This document shows positions 38,542 to 48,883 of a DNA stretch of 64,000 bases, one piece after another. The notes under the pieces are model-generated. The model did not search any database, was not told the DNA's origin, and worked only from the letters and a program-made list of their open reading frames with translations. Source of the DNA: a bacterium (GTDB lineage: Bacteria; UBP14; UBA6098; B30-G16); assembly GCA_030613005.1 (NCBI GenBank), contig JAUWMV010000001.1:7771-71770 (forward strand), given 5' to 3'. A program made the position numbers and the translations under genes. The first letter of the stretch is position 1. Every line of letters starts with the position of its first letter.

Positions 38542-39834
38542 TCAATCGTTATTTTCAATATTGCTTTCTGAGGTGTGCTGTTTCTCTTTTATAATTCCAT
38601 GTTCTATAATTTTTTCTGTTAGAATAATGGCTGACTTTTCATTAACAGAATCTATTGTGGTTTTTAGGAATACATATAAAGGGGTTATTTTTTCTACAAG
38701 CCAATGTTCACCATTATAATAGACTGTATCTCCCACCTTAACGAGGTTTTTAGCTATCAAACCATAACCGAAAACATAACTTCTGGTAATTGGTAGAATT
38801 GCCAAAACAATTACAATTAGTGCAAAAATAAATATGGACAAAGCAAGAACTTCAGTAGGTCCAGGGATTAGTAAAATAAATCCAAGAATAAAAAGCAGAG
38901 AGATAAAGACCTTAAGAACTAGTTTTATCTGCTGTAATGCTTCTATTGGGATTGCCAGATGTTCAGGATTTTTTTGATAATGACGAAATATTATTTCAAC
39001 GATCCTAAGTGATAATCTTGCAAAGAAAGTGAAAACAATAGCTAATAAAACATATCCAGCAAATTTGAGAAGGAAAATACCCACTTTTTGAAGTATGTCT
39101 AATACTACAGTAATAGCTTTGCTTGCCAATTCATGAGTACCGGGATACGATGAAAAAATAAACATTAATAAAACGTAAAAAAGTATGATTATTAGTATGA
39201 TTTTAAGCCATTTTACGATATTTATTAATAAAAGAACTTCATCTCTTGCTGGGAAAATGGTTAGTTTGCCAATTCTGAAATCCTTGATAAAATGACCTTC
39301 TTGATGGATTATTGTTCGTACAAGTTTCTTAGAAATCTTATTTAAAATAAAAACAAGAAAGACAAAGATAATTGGTGATATAAATAGAAGAATAAGTTTG
39401 TAAACGTTTCGTGAAAGAGTTATTTTTGGTTTTTCCTTTTCTGTTTTGATGTGTTGAACAGCTCTTGCTATTAACCTGATAATCATAATATCTTGATCAA
39501 AATTATCGGATATTCTAACTTTAAATAAAAGGGAATCAGAAAGATACACAGCGAAAGTATCTTCACCCAAACGTTCTATTTCCAGCAAACTATCACAAGC
39601 TCCAGAAGATATTAATGAATCGTATGCTTCGTCGGTAACGTGTGAAAATAGAGTGGAATCAATTGCACAAACTGTATCGTTTTTGATTACAAGGTATTCG
39701 GTTGCAAAGATCGGGGAAGGGAATATAACAGAAAAGATATTAAAATAAGTAATACCATTTGCGTATGAAACAGTGAGTGAAATCCATACGATGAATAAAA
39801 TTGAAATGAGAAAATTTCTCTTTATAGTTTTCAT
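38542..39834 (-). CDS. MscS-like membrane protein with periplasmic N-terminus, short C-terminus
   Basis: Signal peptide, several TM helices, KVGDTVYYNG..LVEKITPLYVFLKT MscS beta domain. Confidence 0.6.
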   Translation of the reverse strand: MKTIKRNFLISILFIVWISLTVSYANGITYFNIFSVIFPSPIFATEYLVIKNDTVCAIDSTLFSHVTDEAYDSLISSGACDSLLEIERLGEDTFAVYLSDSLLFKVRISDNFDQDIMIIRLIARAVQHIKTEKEKPKITLSRNVYKLILLFISPIIFVFLVFILNKISKKLVRTIIHQEGHFIKDFRIGKLTIFPARDEVLLLINIVKWLKIILIIILFYVLLMFIFSSYPGTHELASKAITVVLDILQKVGIFLLKFAGYVLLAIVFTFFARLSLRIVEIIFRHYQKNPEHLAIPIEALQQIKLVLKVFISLLFILGFILLIPGPTEVLALSIFIFALIVIVLAILPITRSYVFGYGLIAKNLVKVGDTVYYNGEHWLVEKITPLYVFLKTTIDSVNEKSAIILTEKIIEHGIIKEKQHTSESNIENND

Positions 39835-39985
39835 ATGTTTATCATGAATTTATTAATCGGATTAACCGTAAATCCTTTCGATATTGCTTCATTTTTTTTG
39901 TGCATACCCAGAAAGTAAGTATAGACTCAAAATAAATTCAGATTGAGGATTATTGTCTAATACTATTATTAATATGATGAAAAAA

Positions 39986-40621
39986 TTACTTGCCGCTGCT
40001 TATCTTAAATTGTATAGGTTGCTCCCATTTAACCCGAACCTTCCGATCTCTCTGGTATGCTGGAGAAAATTTCCATTGGTATATTGCTTGTAAAGCAGCA
40101 TTTTCGAAAATACCTTCTGGTCTAGCTAATTTTATAGTTGCACTACCTTTAAGAACTGTTCCATTAGTATCTATGGTAAATCTCACAACTACAACACCCT
40201 CAAGTCCGGATTTCCTTGCCAGCTCAGGATAAACGGGTATAGGACGTTTAACTAATTCTGGTTTTACTTCAACTTTAATGTAGGGGAACACTTCCATATC
40301 TTCAGGTGGAGGAGGTGGTGGTTTTTCTGGGATCAATTCCGAAATAATTTGCTGAGTGTCAGCTTCTTCCTCCGGGTCAGCTTCGATAACCTCTGCTATG
40401 TGCGATTTTAGTTGTTCAGTTTTTTCAATCTCCTGTTTGGTTATAGGCACATTCTCAACATTTATTGCAACCTGATATTCAAAATTTTTAAGAGCCTTAA
40501 CTTTAAATTCCGGGAAAACTACGGCAATTAGAATTAGACTAAGCAGAGTAATAATAATAGCTTTTCTTCGAATAAGTGGTAGCCAGTTTTTTAGGTCTGC
40601 CTTAGGATCTTCATACTTCAT
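39986..40621 (-). CDS. tonB: Energy transducer TonB
   Basis: N-terminal TM, PPPPPP, YPELARKSGLEGVVVVRF, WKFSPA. Confidence 0.92.
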   Translation of the reverse strand: MKYEDPKADLKNWLPLIRRKAIIITLLSLILIAVVFPEFKVKALKNFEYQVAINVENVPITKQEIEKTEQLKSHIAEVIEADPEEEADTQQIISELIPEKPPPPPPEDMEVFPYIKVEVKPELVKRPIPVYPELARKSGLEGVVVVRFTIDTNGTVLKGSATIKLARPEGIFENAALQAIYQWKFSPAYQRDRKVRVKWEQPIQFKISSGK

Positions 40622-41037
40622 CCTGGCTCACCTCCTTCGGTGAGAGTAGCGAAATTAACGCGAAGTGCGTTGCTTTGTTTAAGTTCTTCAATAAGTTGTG
40701 CTACGATAGCGTATTTAACACGTGAATCAGCTCTCAGAGATACAATTGTCGCAGGATTTTCTGAAATCTTTTGAAGCATGACTGTATTAATATTCTCAAG
40801 AGTAACCATGACATCATCGACATTTATTTCCCCTCGGGCATTAATCCAAATATGAGTTATCATTCTCTTACGTTCAATTTTCTTGGTTGCTTTAGCGAGT
40901 GGTAATTCAACTTTCAATCCCTGATACTCTTTGAAAACAGTTACAGACATGAAAAAAATTAACAATAAAAAAACAATATCTGCAATAGAGGCTGTAGGGA
41001 TTTTTGAAGAGCTTTTTGCTTTTGTTTTAATTTTCAT
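40618..41037 (-). CDS. exbD: ExbD/TolR family protein
   Basis: IPTASIADIVFLLLIFFM, LRADSRVKY. Confidence 0.92.
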   Translation of the reverse strand: MKIKTKAKSSSKIPTASIADIVFLLLIFFMSVTVFKEYQGLKVELPLAKATKKIERKRMITHIWINARGEINVDDVMVTLENINTVMLQKISENPATIVSLRADSRVKYAIVAQLIEELKQSNALRVNFATLTEGGEPG

Positions 41038-41076
41038 ATTTTACCTCATATACATAGACATCAATTATACATAAAC

Positions 41077-41520
41077 TCAAAATGCTGGAGTAGCCAGAGA
41101 AATACTTTCCTTGAAGTCTGGATTCTCCTTTTTCAGATCGTTGAAAGCAAGTTTTATCTCATCTAAAACATCAACCATGAACCTATACTCGGCGTTTAGA
41201 TCTATAATCAATGATATTACTAATTTAGGATTTTTTCTGAAATTTCTTTTAACAATTTCTTTTATCTCATTCAAACTGACAATGTCTTCTCGGATGAGCA
41301 TTTCGCCTGCCGAATTAATAAAAATCGGCAAAATATCTTCTTTGTGTCTTTTTGTCTCTTCGCCAGGTGGTGGAAGCGTAAGACCAAGACCTTTATCGGG
41401 ATCCATCGATGTAGTAACAAGGAAAAATATCAATAGAAGAAACACAATGTCAGCAAGTGAAGCTGTAGGAATTTCAGACTCTCTACTAAGAATTTTTTTC
41501 TTATGAATTCGTAGAGCCAT
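41077..41520 (-). CDS. exbD: ExbD/TolR family protein (second paralogue)
   Basis: IPTASLADIVFLLLIFFLVTT, YRFMVDVLDE. Confidence 0.92.
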   Translation of the reverse strand: MALRIHKKKILSRESEIPTASLADIVFLLLIFFLVTTSMDPDKGLGLTLPPPGEETKRHKEDILPIFINSAGEMLIREDIVSLNEIKEIVKRNFRKNPKLVISLIIDLNAEYRFMVDVLDEIKLAFNDLKKENPDFKESISLATPAF

Positions 41521-41521
41521 A

Positions 41522-42148
41522 TCATTTCTCCGCTTTCCTCAGTATATCCATTTCTATAAGATTTTCTACCAATTGATTTGCAGAATCCTCCATATCTATA
41601 ACAATTCCATCAATAATTGAAACAAACCAGTTGTAGAAAAACTGCATTGGAATCGCAATAGCTAACCCCATAAATGTAGTAAGCAGAGCAACAGAAATAC
41701 CTCCTGCGACTTCTGATGGGACAATGTCATTAGACCGAGCGATTTGATCGAAAGCAAGGATCATGCCCTGAACTGTTCCAAGAAATCCAAGCATTGGGGA
41801 TATTGAGATTATTGTCGAAAGCCAAACCATACTTTTTTCCAAAAGACCCATCTGTATAGCTGCTTCATTTTCAATAGCATTTTCTGTGTATTCTAAACCA
41901 CGATTAGCTTTTGATAAACCTGCGTGGAAAAGGGCAGAAACCGGTCCTCGAGTCTTCTCGCATATTTCAATGGCTTTTCTCATTCCATCTTTTTCTATAG
42001 TACTAAGAATTATTTTAAGGAATTTTTTTGAGTTGGTTCTTGCTCTTACTAGTAACCATAATTTTACTATGGCTATAACTAGTCCTATTATGAATAGAAA
42101 TAAAAGAGGCCACCTCAAGAATCCAGTGTTATTAAAATATTGGACCAT
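41522..42148 (-). CDS. exbB: MotA/TolQ/ExbB proton channel
   Basis: SPMLGFLGTVQGMI, GGISVALLTTFMGL. Confidence 0.92.
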   Translation of the reverse strand: MVQYFNNTGFLRWPLLFLFIIGLVIAIVKLWLLVRARTNSKKFLKIILSTIEKDGMRKAIEICEKTRGPVSALFHAGLSKANRGLEYTENAIENEAAIQMGLLEKSMVWLSTIISISPMLGFLGTVQGMILAFDQIARSNDIVPSEVAGGISVALLTTFMGLAIAIPMQFFYNWFVSIIDGIVIDMEDSANQLVENLIEMDILRKAEK

Positions 42149-42481
42149 CGAAAATGCTCCTTTCTATATTGTTTTAAATTATTAGCTTAAATATCTTTCA
42201 AAATAAAGATATAAAAATTTTTATGTCAAATTGTTTTTAGGATAATCTAGGTTTCATCGATTAAGAATAATAATAGATTATTTTTATAACCAAGCTTTTA
42301 AAAAAAGTGAAATAGATTAGTACTTTTCTGAGACCCAAAAAACCTGATTCTATATTATTATATAAACTTTAAATTCCAAATTTTTAACTTTTAGATTTCC
42401 TATATCATATAAAAGTCGATAGTATCATATTGTTTTAAAAAATTTACAATAAATAAGAATATAATGAAGATGATAATATTG

Positions 42482-43132
42482 TTAACCTTTTGGAAGTTCA
42501 GTTTTATCGAAAATCTTATCGATAAGCCCGTATTCAAGGGCTTCCTCGGCTGTCAAAAAGTAGTTTCTATCTGCATCTTTACTAATTTTTTTAAGTGTTT
42601 GACCAGTGTGTTTTGCTAAAATTTCATTAAGTAAAATCTTAAGTCTTTGGTACTCCTTAGTATGAATTTCGATATCGCTAACCTGACCTTGAACACCACC
42701 CCACGGTTGGTGAATCATTATCCTTGCATTGGGAAGAGCCGATCTTTTCCCTTTTTCACCACCAGCAAGGAGAATTGCGCCCATCGATGCAGCCTGACCA
42801 ATTGCAGTTGTGGAAATAGGAGCTCTCGAGAATTGCATTGTATCGTAAATAGCCAATCCCGAGGTTACATCACCACCTGGAGAATTTATATATAGAGATA
42901 TTGGTTTATTAGGGTCCTCAGCCTCTAAAAATAAAATTTGAGCTACAACAAGGTTTGAGACCATATCGTTTATCATAGTTCCCAAAATTATTATTCGATC
43001 CTTTAGAAGTCGGGAGAATATATCGTATGCTCTTTCACCTCTTGCAGTTTGCTCAACTACTATTGGAACTAACTGGTCTATAATACGTTCATAATAGGAT
43101 TTAACATCGTATAATAGCTTTTCAATATTCAT
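42482..43132 (-). CDS. clpP: ATP-dependent Clp protease proteolytic subunit
   Basis: [27 protein letters not shown] (Ser), IMIHQP (His), DADRNYF. Confidence 0.96.
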   Translation of the reverse strand: MNIEKLLYDVKSYYERIIDQLVPIVVEQTARGERAYDIFSRLLKDRIIILGTMINDMVSNLVVAQILFLEAEDPNKPISLYINSPGGDVTSGLAIYDTMQFSRAPISTTAIGQAASMGAILLAGGEKGKRSALPNARIMIHQPWGGVQGQVSDIEIHTKEYQRLKILLNEILAKHTGQTLKKISKDADRNYFLTAEEALEYGLIDKIFDKTELPKG

Positions 43133-43317
43133 TTCGCCTCCTTTGTGACCAAACTAATTTGCTATATAATTACGAAACTGCAAGGGATTTCCGTATAGGA
43201 TTCTTATTACGGTCGATAAAAATTTATATCTGTTTGTAAAATAGTAGATAACAGAATTTTTTTTAAAAAAATGTCCTTGACAATGAGGAAAATACACCTA
43301 ATTATAGTGTATAAATA

Positions 43318-43342
43318 TGGGGAAAGATGGGGAGAAGTGGTA
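43318..43342 (+). promoter_or_regulatory. MraZ-binding direct repeats upstream of the dcw cluster
   Basis: TGGGG (43318), TGGGG (43328), TGGTA (43338) at 10-bp period, downstream of TTGACA at 43277; matches known TGGGN MraZ boxes. Confidence 0.8.
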
Positions 43343-43398
43343 AGTAGCTGTAATGCATAGAAATAAAATGCAAGTCTTAAAGGGGTTTTGGGCTTAAC

Positions 43399-43896
43399 AT
43401 GTTTGCAGGCAGGTATATACATAAAATTGATGAAAAAGGAAGAATAGCTCTTCCTGCAAAAATGATGAAGGCTGGTATAGGTTTAGGGTATACTGAGTTC
43501 GTTATTACCAAAGGTATAGGAAAATGTCTCTCAATTTTCCCTGCTAATAAATTTGAGGAATTCATCAATAATTTTGATCCATCTTATCTTTCCTTTGAGG
43601 ATGGATTGAATTTTTACCGAGAATTTGCGTCGTGGGCTCATTATACAAGCGTTGATACTCAAGGCAGAATTCTTATTCCGCAGATTTTGCAAGAAGAAAG
43701 CAATATTAGAGATGAGACTTTAATCCTCGGTGTTGTGGATTGGATAGAAGTTTGGGATCCGAAGAAATATTCAGAATTTAAAGAGAAAAGTAAGACAGAT
43801 TATGATTCAGGAGCCAAAATGTTCTTTGGTTCGCTAATCCGAGGAAAACGAGCAAAAAATGCAAACTCAGAGACATCAGAGCGTTCTGACGGATAA
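43399..43896 (+). CDS. mraZ: Transcriptional regulator MraZ
   Basis: DEKGRIALP and DTQGRILIP repeats; first gene of dcw cluster. Confidence 0.93.
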   Translation: MFAGRYIHKIDEKGRIALPAKMMKAGIGLGYTEFVITKGIGKCLSIFPANKFEEFINNFDPSYLSFEDGLNFYREFASWAHYTSVDTQGRILIPQILQEESNIRDETLILGVVDWIEVWDPKKYSEFKEKSKTDYDSGAKMFFGSLIRGKRAKNANSETSERSDG

Positions 43897-44803
43897 GGTT
43901 CTTGAGTATTTATTAACTAAAAAGGACGGTATATACATCGATGCTACATTGGGGGACGGCGGTTACACCGAAAAGATACTCGAAAGTCTGGATTCGAATG
44001 GAAGAGTTATTGGAATTGATTTGGACCCTTTGGCATTAATAAACTCAAAAACAAGACTAAAAAAATATGGGAAGCGAATTCAAATAATTAGAGGAAATTT
44101 CGTCGAGGTTGAAAGAATTGTGAGAGAAGAAGTTGATGTAAAATATGTCGATGGGGTTGTATTCGATATTGGACTTCGAAATGAACATGTTGAAGATCCC
44201 AAGCGAGGATTTTCGTTCAAGCGTAAGGGTCCATTGGATATGCGTTTTGATATCGATCAAAAAAAGTCCGCTTTTACTGTTGTGAATAAATATCCTGCCG
44301 ATAAGCTTTCGCAGATTTTTAAAAACTATTGCGATTTAAGAGAAGCTAATAAACTCATTTTTAATATTCTCAAAGCAAGGAGCATTTCACCGATCGGAGA
44401 TACTTTAAAATTCACGGAAATAGTTATGATTTCATACCCAAAAAAACTGTGGAAGGATGTAATCCCTAGAATTTTTCAGGCTATAAGAATAGAAGTTAAT
44501 AATGAATACGAAAACCTTAAATCAGGTCTATACGGAGCTGTTAAGATATTAAAAACTGGTGGACGAGTAGTAGTAATAAGTTATCACTCAGGAGAAGATA
44601 GAATAGTCAAGAATTATTTCTTGCAAGAATCCAAAGACTGCATTTGTCCGCCAAGGATGCCTGTTTGTAGATGTGGTCATAGGAGGACATTAAAAGTTTT
44701 AACCAAAAAGCCATTAATTTCTCGAGCGGATGAGATAGAGAAAAATCCTCGAGCGAGATCCGCACGCCTTCGAGCCGCAGAAAAAGTTGAGGTGTTGCAA
44801 TGA
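43859..44803 (+). CDS. rsmH: 16S rRNA m4C1402 methyltransferase RsmH
   Basis: DATLGDGG, RGFSF..GPLDMR, FQAIRIEVN, ISYHSGEDR, NPRARSARLR. Confidence 0.95.
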   Translation: MQTQRHQSVLTDKVLEYLLTKKDGIYIDATLGDGGYTEKILESLDSNGRVIGIDLDPLALINSKTRLKKYGKRIQIIRGNFVEVERIVREEVDVKYVDGVVFDIGLRNEHVEDPKRGFSFKRKGPLDMRFDIDQKKSAFTVVNKYPADKLSQIFKNYCDLREANKLIFNILKARSISPIGDTLKFTEIVMISYPKKLWKDVIPRIFQAIRIEVNNEYENLKSGLYGAVKILKTGGRVVVISYHSGEDRIVKNYFLQESKDCICPPRMPVCRCGHRRTLKVLTKKPLISRADEIEKNPRARSARLRAAEKVEVLQ

Positions 44804-45228
44804 ATGGTTTGATAAAAATTACACCTGTAACAATTAAATATTCGAAGGTTTTATTGTTAGTTCTTGTTATATGTGTTCTAGCAATATTTATGGTTTGGGA
44901 ACGTAGTAGAATGATGACATTGTGCAGAGATATTTCTCAACAGGAAGAAGAACTTGCAGTATTACGAACTACGAATGTAGAATTAGAAACGCAAATAGCG
45001 GGTCTCGCCTCGAGGGGAAGAATAGAAGGTTTGGCTAAGGAATTCCGAAATATGGAATTCACCTCTCCAGAAAATCTTATTATTGTTAAAATCCTATCTG
45101 ATGATAAGGATAAAACATGCAATTATGCTGGTCTTGGGAAATTACTGAAATTTTTAGGTGGAAAATCATTACCAAAAAATGACAATAATGTCAATATAAA
45201 TGGAGAAGAATTGTTTGGCAATATATAA
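44800..45228 (+). CDS. ftsL: Cell division protein FtsL-like
   Basis: Single TM, coiled coil, LASRGRIEGLAKE; between rsmH and ftsI. Confidence 0.75.
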   Translation: MNGLIKITPVTIKYSKVLLLVLVICVLAIFMVWERSRMMTLCRDISQQEEELAVLRTTNVELETQIAGLASRGRIEGLAKEFRNMEFTSPENLIIVKILSDDKDKTCNYAGLGKLLKFLGGKSLPKNDNNVNINGEELFGNI

Positions 45229-45251
45229 AGTAGCAGGGAGTGATCGAGATA

Positions 45252-47357
45252 ATGATTGCTTCAAAAAAAAGCGATCAGTTAGTGGGGATTATTATCGTTT
45301 GGGCTATATTAGTAATAGTTCTGATTTCAAAGCTTGTGGCAATTCAGATTTTTTCCGTGGATTTATACAAAAATCTTGCGAAAGTTCAGCAATTAAGAAA
45401 AAAGCCTGCCCCAGCTCCTAGAGGAAATATATTCGATCGTAACGGAATTCCATTGGCAATTAACAACCTTTTCTACGACATACATGCCGATCCAACCTGC
45501 ATTATTGATACAAATTATGTGGATTCTATTCTTTGCAGAATTTTTCGAAAACCTATCGGTTTTTATGGGGACAAAATAAATACAGGGCAGAAAAAGTATT
45601 TTGTTTATATCGAGCGTACAGTTCCTCCTGAACTTGGATTGGAGGTTAAAGAATCTCAACTCCCAGGGATTTTTGTTATTCCAAAGTTTAGCCGTATTTA
45701 TCCACAAGGAAAAGTCGGATCATCGGTTATTGGTTTTGTTGATACCGATGGTAAAGGGTTGGAAGGATTAGAATTATACTATGACGAAAAACTTTCCGGG
45801 AAATCTTCGGAAAGAATAATAGTAATCGATGCAATCGGTAGAACATATCCTCTCCCAGAGAATGCGAAAGAACCAACTGTTCCGGGTAATGATCTCTATA
45901 CAACAATCGATATTAGGCTTCAAGAGTTGGTTGAAAGGGAGTTGGAGCGAGCAGTAGAAAAAAACAAAGCTGATGCTGCAACAGCAATTTTTTTAGACCC
46001 ACTAACAGGGAAAATTCTCTCTAAGGCTTCTTTTCCGAATTATGATCCCAACAAGCCAAATGAATATCCTGAAGATCACCGAAGAAACCGAGCTATTACA
46101 GATGTATTCGAACCGGGTTCAATGTTCAAAATTGTTACGATGAGCGCAGCATTAACTGAAAACAAGATCGAGCTTGGGGATACAATAGACGCGGGTCTGG
46201 GAATATGTCAGTTCGATAGCCGTGAAGTAGAAGATGTTAAACCAATGGGTTTAATCACAGCAGCAGAAGTTCTCATCTATTCAAGTAACATTGGAATAGT
46301 TAAGATAGCTCAAAAACTTACAAAAAAAACTCTCTATAAATACGCGAAGCGATTTGGGTTTGGAACAATCACTAACATCGATTTTCCGGGGGAAATGGAT
46401 GGTGTTCTTCGTCCACCAGAGAAATGGAGTGCGACGACGATGTTAACTTTGCCCATGGGTTACGAGATTTCTTCCACCGCTTTGCAACTTTTACGAGCGT
46501 ATGGAGTAATTGCTAATCACGGGAAATTAATGCAACCATTTATAGTTGAAGAGATCGTTAGTTTCGATAATCAGGTTGTTTTGAGGAGAGAACCAATTCT
46601 TGTAAGACAAGTCATCCCTGATTTTGTTGCGGATTCAATTCTTTTGGTATTAGGCGAAGTAGTTAACAGAGGAACAGGTAGGGCTGCCAAATCTCCTTTT
46701 ATAAAAATTGCAGGTAAAACCGGAACTACTCATAAGTTTAGTGAGGATAATCGAAGGTATGATAAGAACAAATATTATTCCTCGTTTTTGGGAATAGCTC
46801 CAGTAGAGGACCCATATATAATAGGAATTGTTGTAGTAGATAATCCAAAGGCTGGTAGACATTATGGTGGTTCTGTGGCAGCTCCCGTTTTCAGATCTAT
46901 CATTGAAAAAGCAATTAGCGCAGGTATATTTGCTTCCTCACGCTCACAGAAATTGACAATTAAATCCAATAATGAATACGAAATACATGTTCCTGATGTC
47001 AAAAATATGAATCCAAATCAAGCATTATCAATACTCAACGAAAGAGGACTGATTGGAAGATTATCTGGTGTTGGTGAATTTATTGTTGCACAACTACCAT
47101 CTCCAAGAATAAAATTACGAAATAATGATACTGTTACTATTTATTTAGGAAACAATATGATTAACATTTTGGACTCTGTTTTGGTTCCCAATTTAACGAA
47201 TTTATCTGTTAGAACTGCAATTAAAAAGCTTACCGAGATTGGGTTGGATTTCGAATTAAGCGGATATGGCAAAATTCGAGAGCAATTTCCTGAACCGTAT
47301 GTTCAGGTGCCAAAAAATTTAAAGGTCAAATTAAAATGTCAGGACAAAGAATTATAA
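45252..47357 (+). CDS. ftsI: Class B penicillin-binding protein FtsI with two PASTA domains
   Basis: RGNIFDRNG, EPGSMFK (SxxK), SSN, KTGT; VPDVKNM and VPNLTNL PASTA starts; start may instead be GTG at 45240. Confidence 0.93.
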   Translation: MIASKKSDQLVGIIIVWAILVIVLISKLVAIQIFSVDLYKNLAKVQQLRKKPAPAPRGNIFDRNGIPLAINNLFYDIHADPTCIIDTNYVDSILCRIFRKPIGFYGDKINTGQKKYFVYIERTVPPELGLEVKESQLPGIFVIPKFSRIYPQGKVGSSVIGFVDTDGKGLEGLELYYDEKLSGKSSERIIVIDAIGRTYPLPENAKEPTVPGNDLYTTIDIRLQELVERELERAVEKNKADAATAIFLDPLTGKILSKASFPNYDPNKPNEYPEDHRRNRAITDVFEPGSMFKIVTMSAALTENKIELGDTIDAGLGICQFDSREVEDVKPMGLITAAEVLIYSSNIGIVKIAQKLTKKTLYKYAKRFGFGTITNIDFPGEMDGVLRPPEKWSATTMLTLPMGYEISSTALQLLRAYGVIANHGKLMQPFIVEEIVSFDNQVVLRREPILVRQVIPDFVADSILLVLGEVVNRGTGRAAKSPFIKIAGKTGTTHKFSEDNRRYDKNKYYSSFLGIAPVEDPYIIGIVVVDNPKAGRHYGGSVAAPVFRSIIEKAISAGIFASSRSQKLTIKSNNEYEIHVPDVKNMNPNQALSILNERGLIGRLSGVGEFIVAQLPSPRIKLRNNDTVTIYLGNNMINILDSVLVPNLTNLSVRTAIKKLTEIGLDFELSGYGKIREQFPEPYVQVPKNLKVKLKCQDKEL

Positions 47358-47359
47358 CG

Positions 47360-48841
47360 ATGTCGAAATTAATGAAAACAATATGTGATGTATTCGATAA
47401 AATTGCTCGAAGCTTGGACTGTAAAATTTCAGGCAAAATAATAGACTGTCCATTTATTGGTATCACAAGCGATTCTAGGGAAATCCAGCCGGGATTTATT
47501 TTCGTAGCTATAAAAGGGCTGACATACGATGGACATGATTTTATTTCTGATGCATTATCGAGGGGAGCAAAGGGGTTAATTGTTTCTCTCGAGTATTCAG
47601 AAATCTTTCAGGAAGTTCCGATTATTAAATGCAAAGATACAAGAGAAGCTCTGGCTCTTGGTTTGAAGGAATTATACGGTCGAATTCCAAAAAGAATAAT
47701 AGGTGTAACAGGAACAAATGGGAAAACAACTGTAACGCATTTGCTATGGGAAATACTTACGAAATCGGAAGAAAAAGCAGGTTTGATCGGAACTCTCGGT
47801 TATATGTTCGAGGATAGATTTTATAAAAATTTACCAGTTACAACTCCCAACGCCGAATTACTATGGAAAATTTTATCTCAGATGAAAGAACACGAGATAG
47901 AAACTGTGGCAATGGAGGTGTCATCTCATGGGTTGTCACAGAAACGAGTTTGGGGAGTACCATTTGAAGTAGCAATATTTACTAATCTTTCTCAAGATCA
48001 TCTCGACTATCATGGAGATATGGAATCATATTTAGATGCCAAATGTATCCTTTTCCGTAACCTACCAAAATCATCGCTATCGATTATTAATTCCGATGAT
48101 GAAGTTTATGATGTTGTCGCACAATGTGTTCCCGGAGATATGTGGACATTCGGAATCCATAATAGTTCTGCCGATGTTATTGCAGAACAAATAGATACTG
48201 GGATATATGGAAGTAGATTTAAAGTTAAATCTCCATGGGGGAAATTCGATATTGCGACAGAATTAATTGGAGAATTTAATATTTACAATATTCTAGCCTC
48301 GATGACGACATCCCTTGCATTAGAGTATGAAGCGGAAATTATAATTAAAGCAATAGAGGAATTTAAAGCAATGAAGGGACGTGTTCAACTGGTCGATTTG
48401 GGGCAAGCTTTCGGCGTAATTATAGATTATGCACATACTCCTGAAGCATTACGAAATCTTCTTGTAACCATGAGAAGCATTACAAAAGGTCGAGTGATTG
48501 TTATTTTCGGTGCAGGTGGGGATCGAGATAAGATAAAGAGACCAGTAATGGGTAGAATCGCTACTCAATTCTCAGATTTTGCCGTGATTACATCCGATAA
48601 TCCTCGATCCGAAAACCCATCGAATATTATAGAAATGATCGAGAAGGGAGTAGTTGAGGATAATTGGATAAGTATAACGAATCGAAAAGAAGCCATAAAT
48701 TGGGCAATTAAAAAAGCCCGTCCAGGAGATATGGTAGTAATAGCAGGCAAGGGTCATGAGGACTATCAGATTTTGCGGAATAGGACAATTCATTTTGATG
48801 ATTATGAGATAGCGAAGTCAGCTATAGAAGAACTTTGTTAA
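47360..48841 (+). CDS. murE: MurE (mDAP-adding ligase)
   Basis: GTNGKTT, MEVSSH, DHLDYH, DYAHTP, DNPR mDAP motif, GKGHE; exact start uncertain. Confidence 0.96.
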   Translation: MSKLMKTICDVFDKIARSLDCKISGKIIDCPFIGITSDSREIQPGFIFVAIKGLTYDGHDFISDALSRGAKGLIVSLEYSEIFQEVPIIKCKDTREALALGLKELYGRIPKRIIGVTGTNGKTTVTHLLWEILTKSEEKAGLIGTLGYMFEDRFYKNLPVTTPNAELLWKILSQMKEHEIETVAMEVSSHGLSQKRVWGVPFEVAIFTNLSQDHLDYHGDMESYLDAKCILFRNLPKSSLSIINSDDEVYDVVAQCVPGDMWTFGIHNSSADVIAEQIDTGIYGSRFKVKSPWGKFDIATELIGEFNIYNILASMTTSLALEYEAEIIIKAIEEFKAMKGRVQLVDLGQAFGVIIDYAHTPEALRNLLVTMRSITKGRVIVIFGAGGDRDKIKRPVMGRIATQFSDFAVITSDNPRSENPSNIIEMIEKGVVEDNWISITNRKEAINWAIKKARPGDMVVIAGKGHEDYQILRNRTIHFDDYEIAKSAIEELC

Positions 48842-48883
48842 TCTGTTTGATTAATAGGCTTTCGACATGATTTGGGGGTTATT

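Noticed and set aside
42241-42259. GATAAT-containing sequence upstream of exbB as a Fur box
   Set aside because: Only the first hexamer matches; expected by chance in AT-rich DNA
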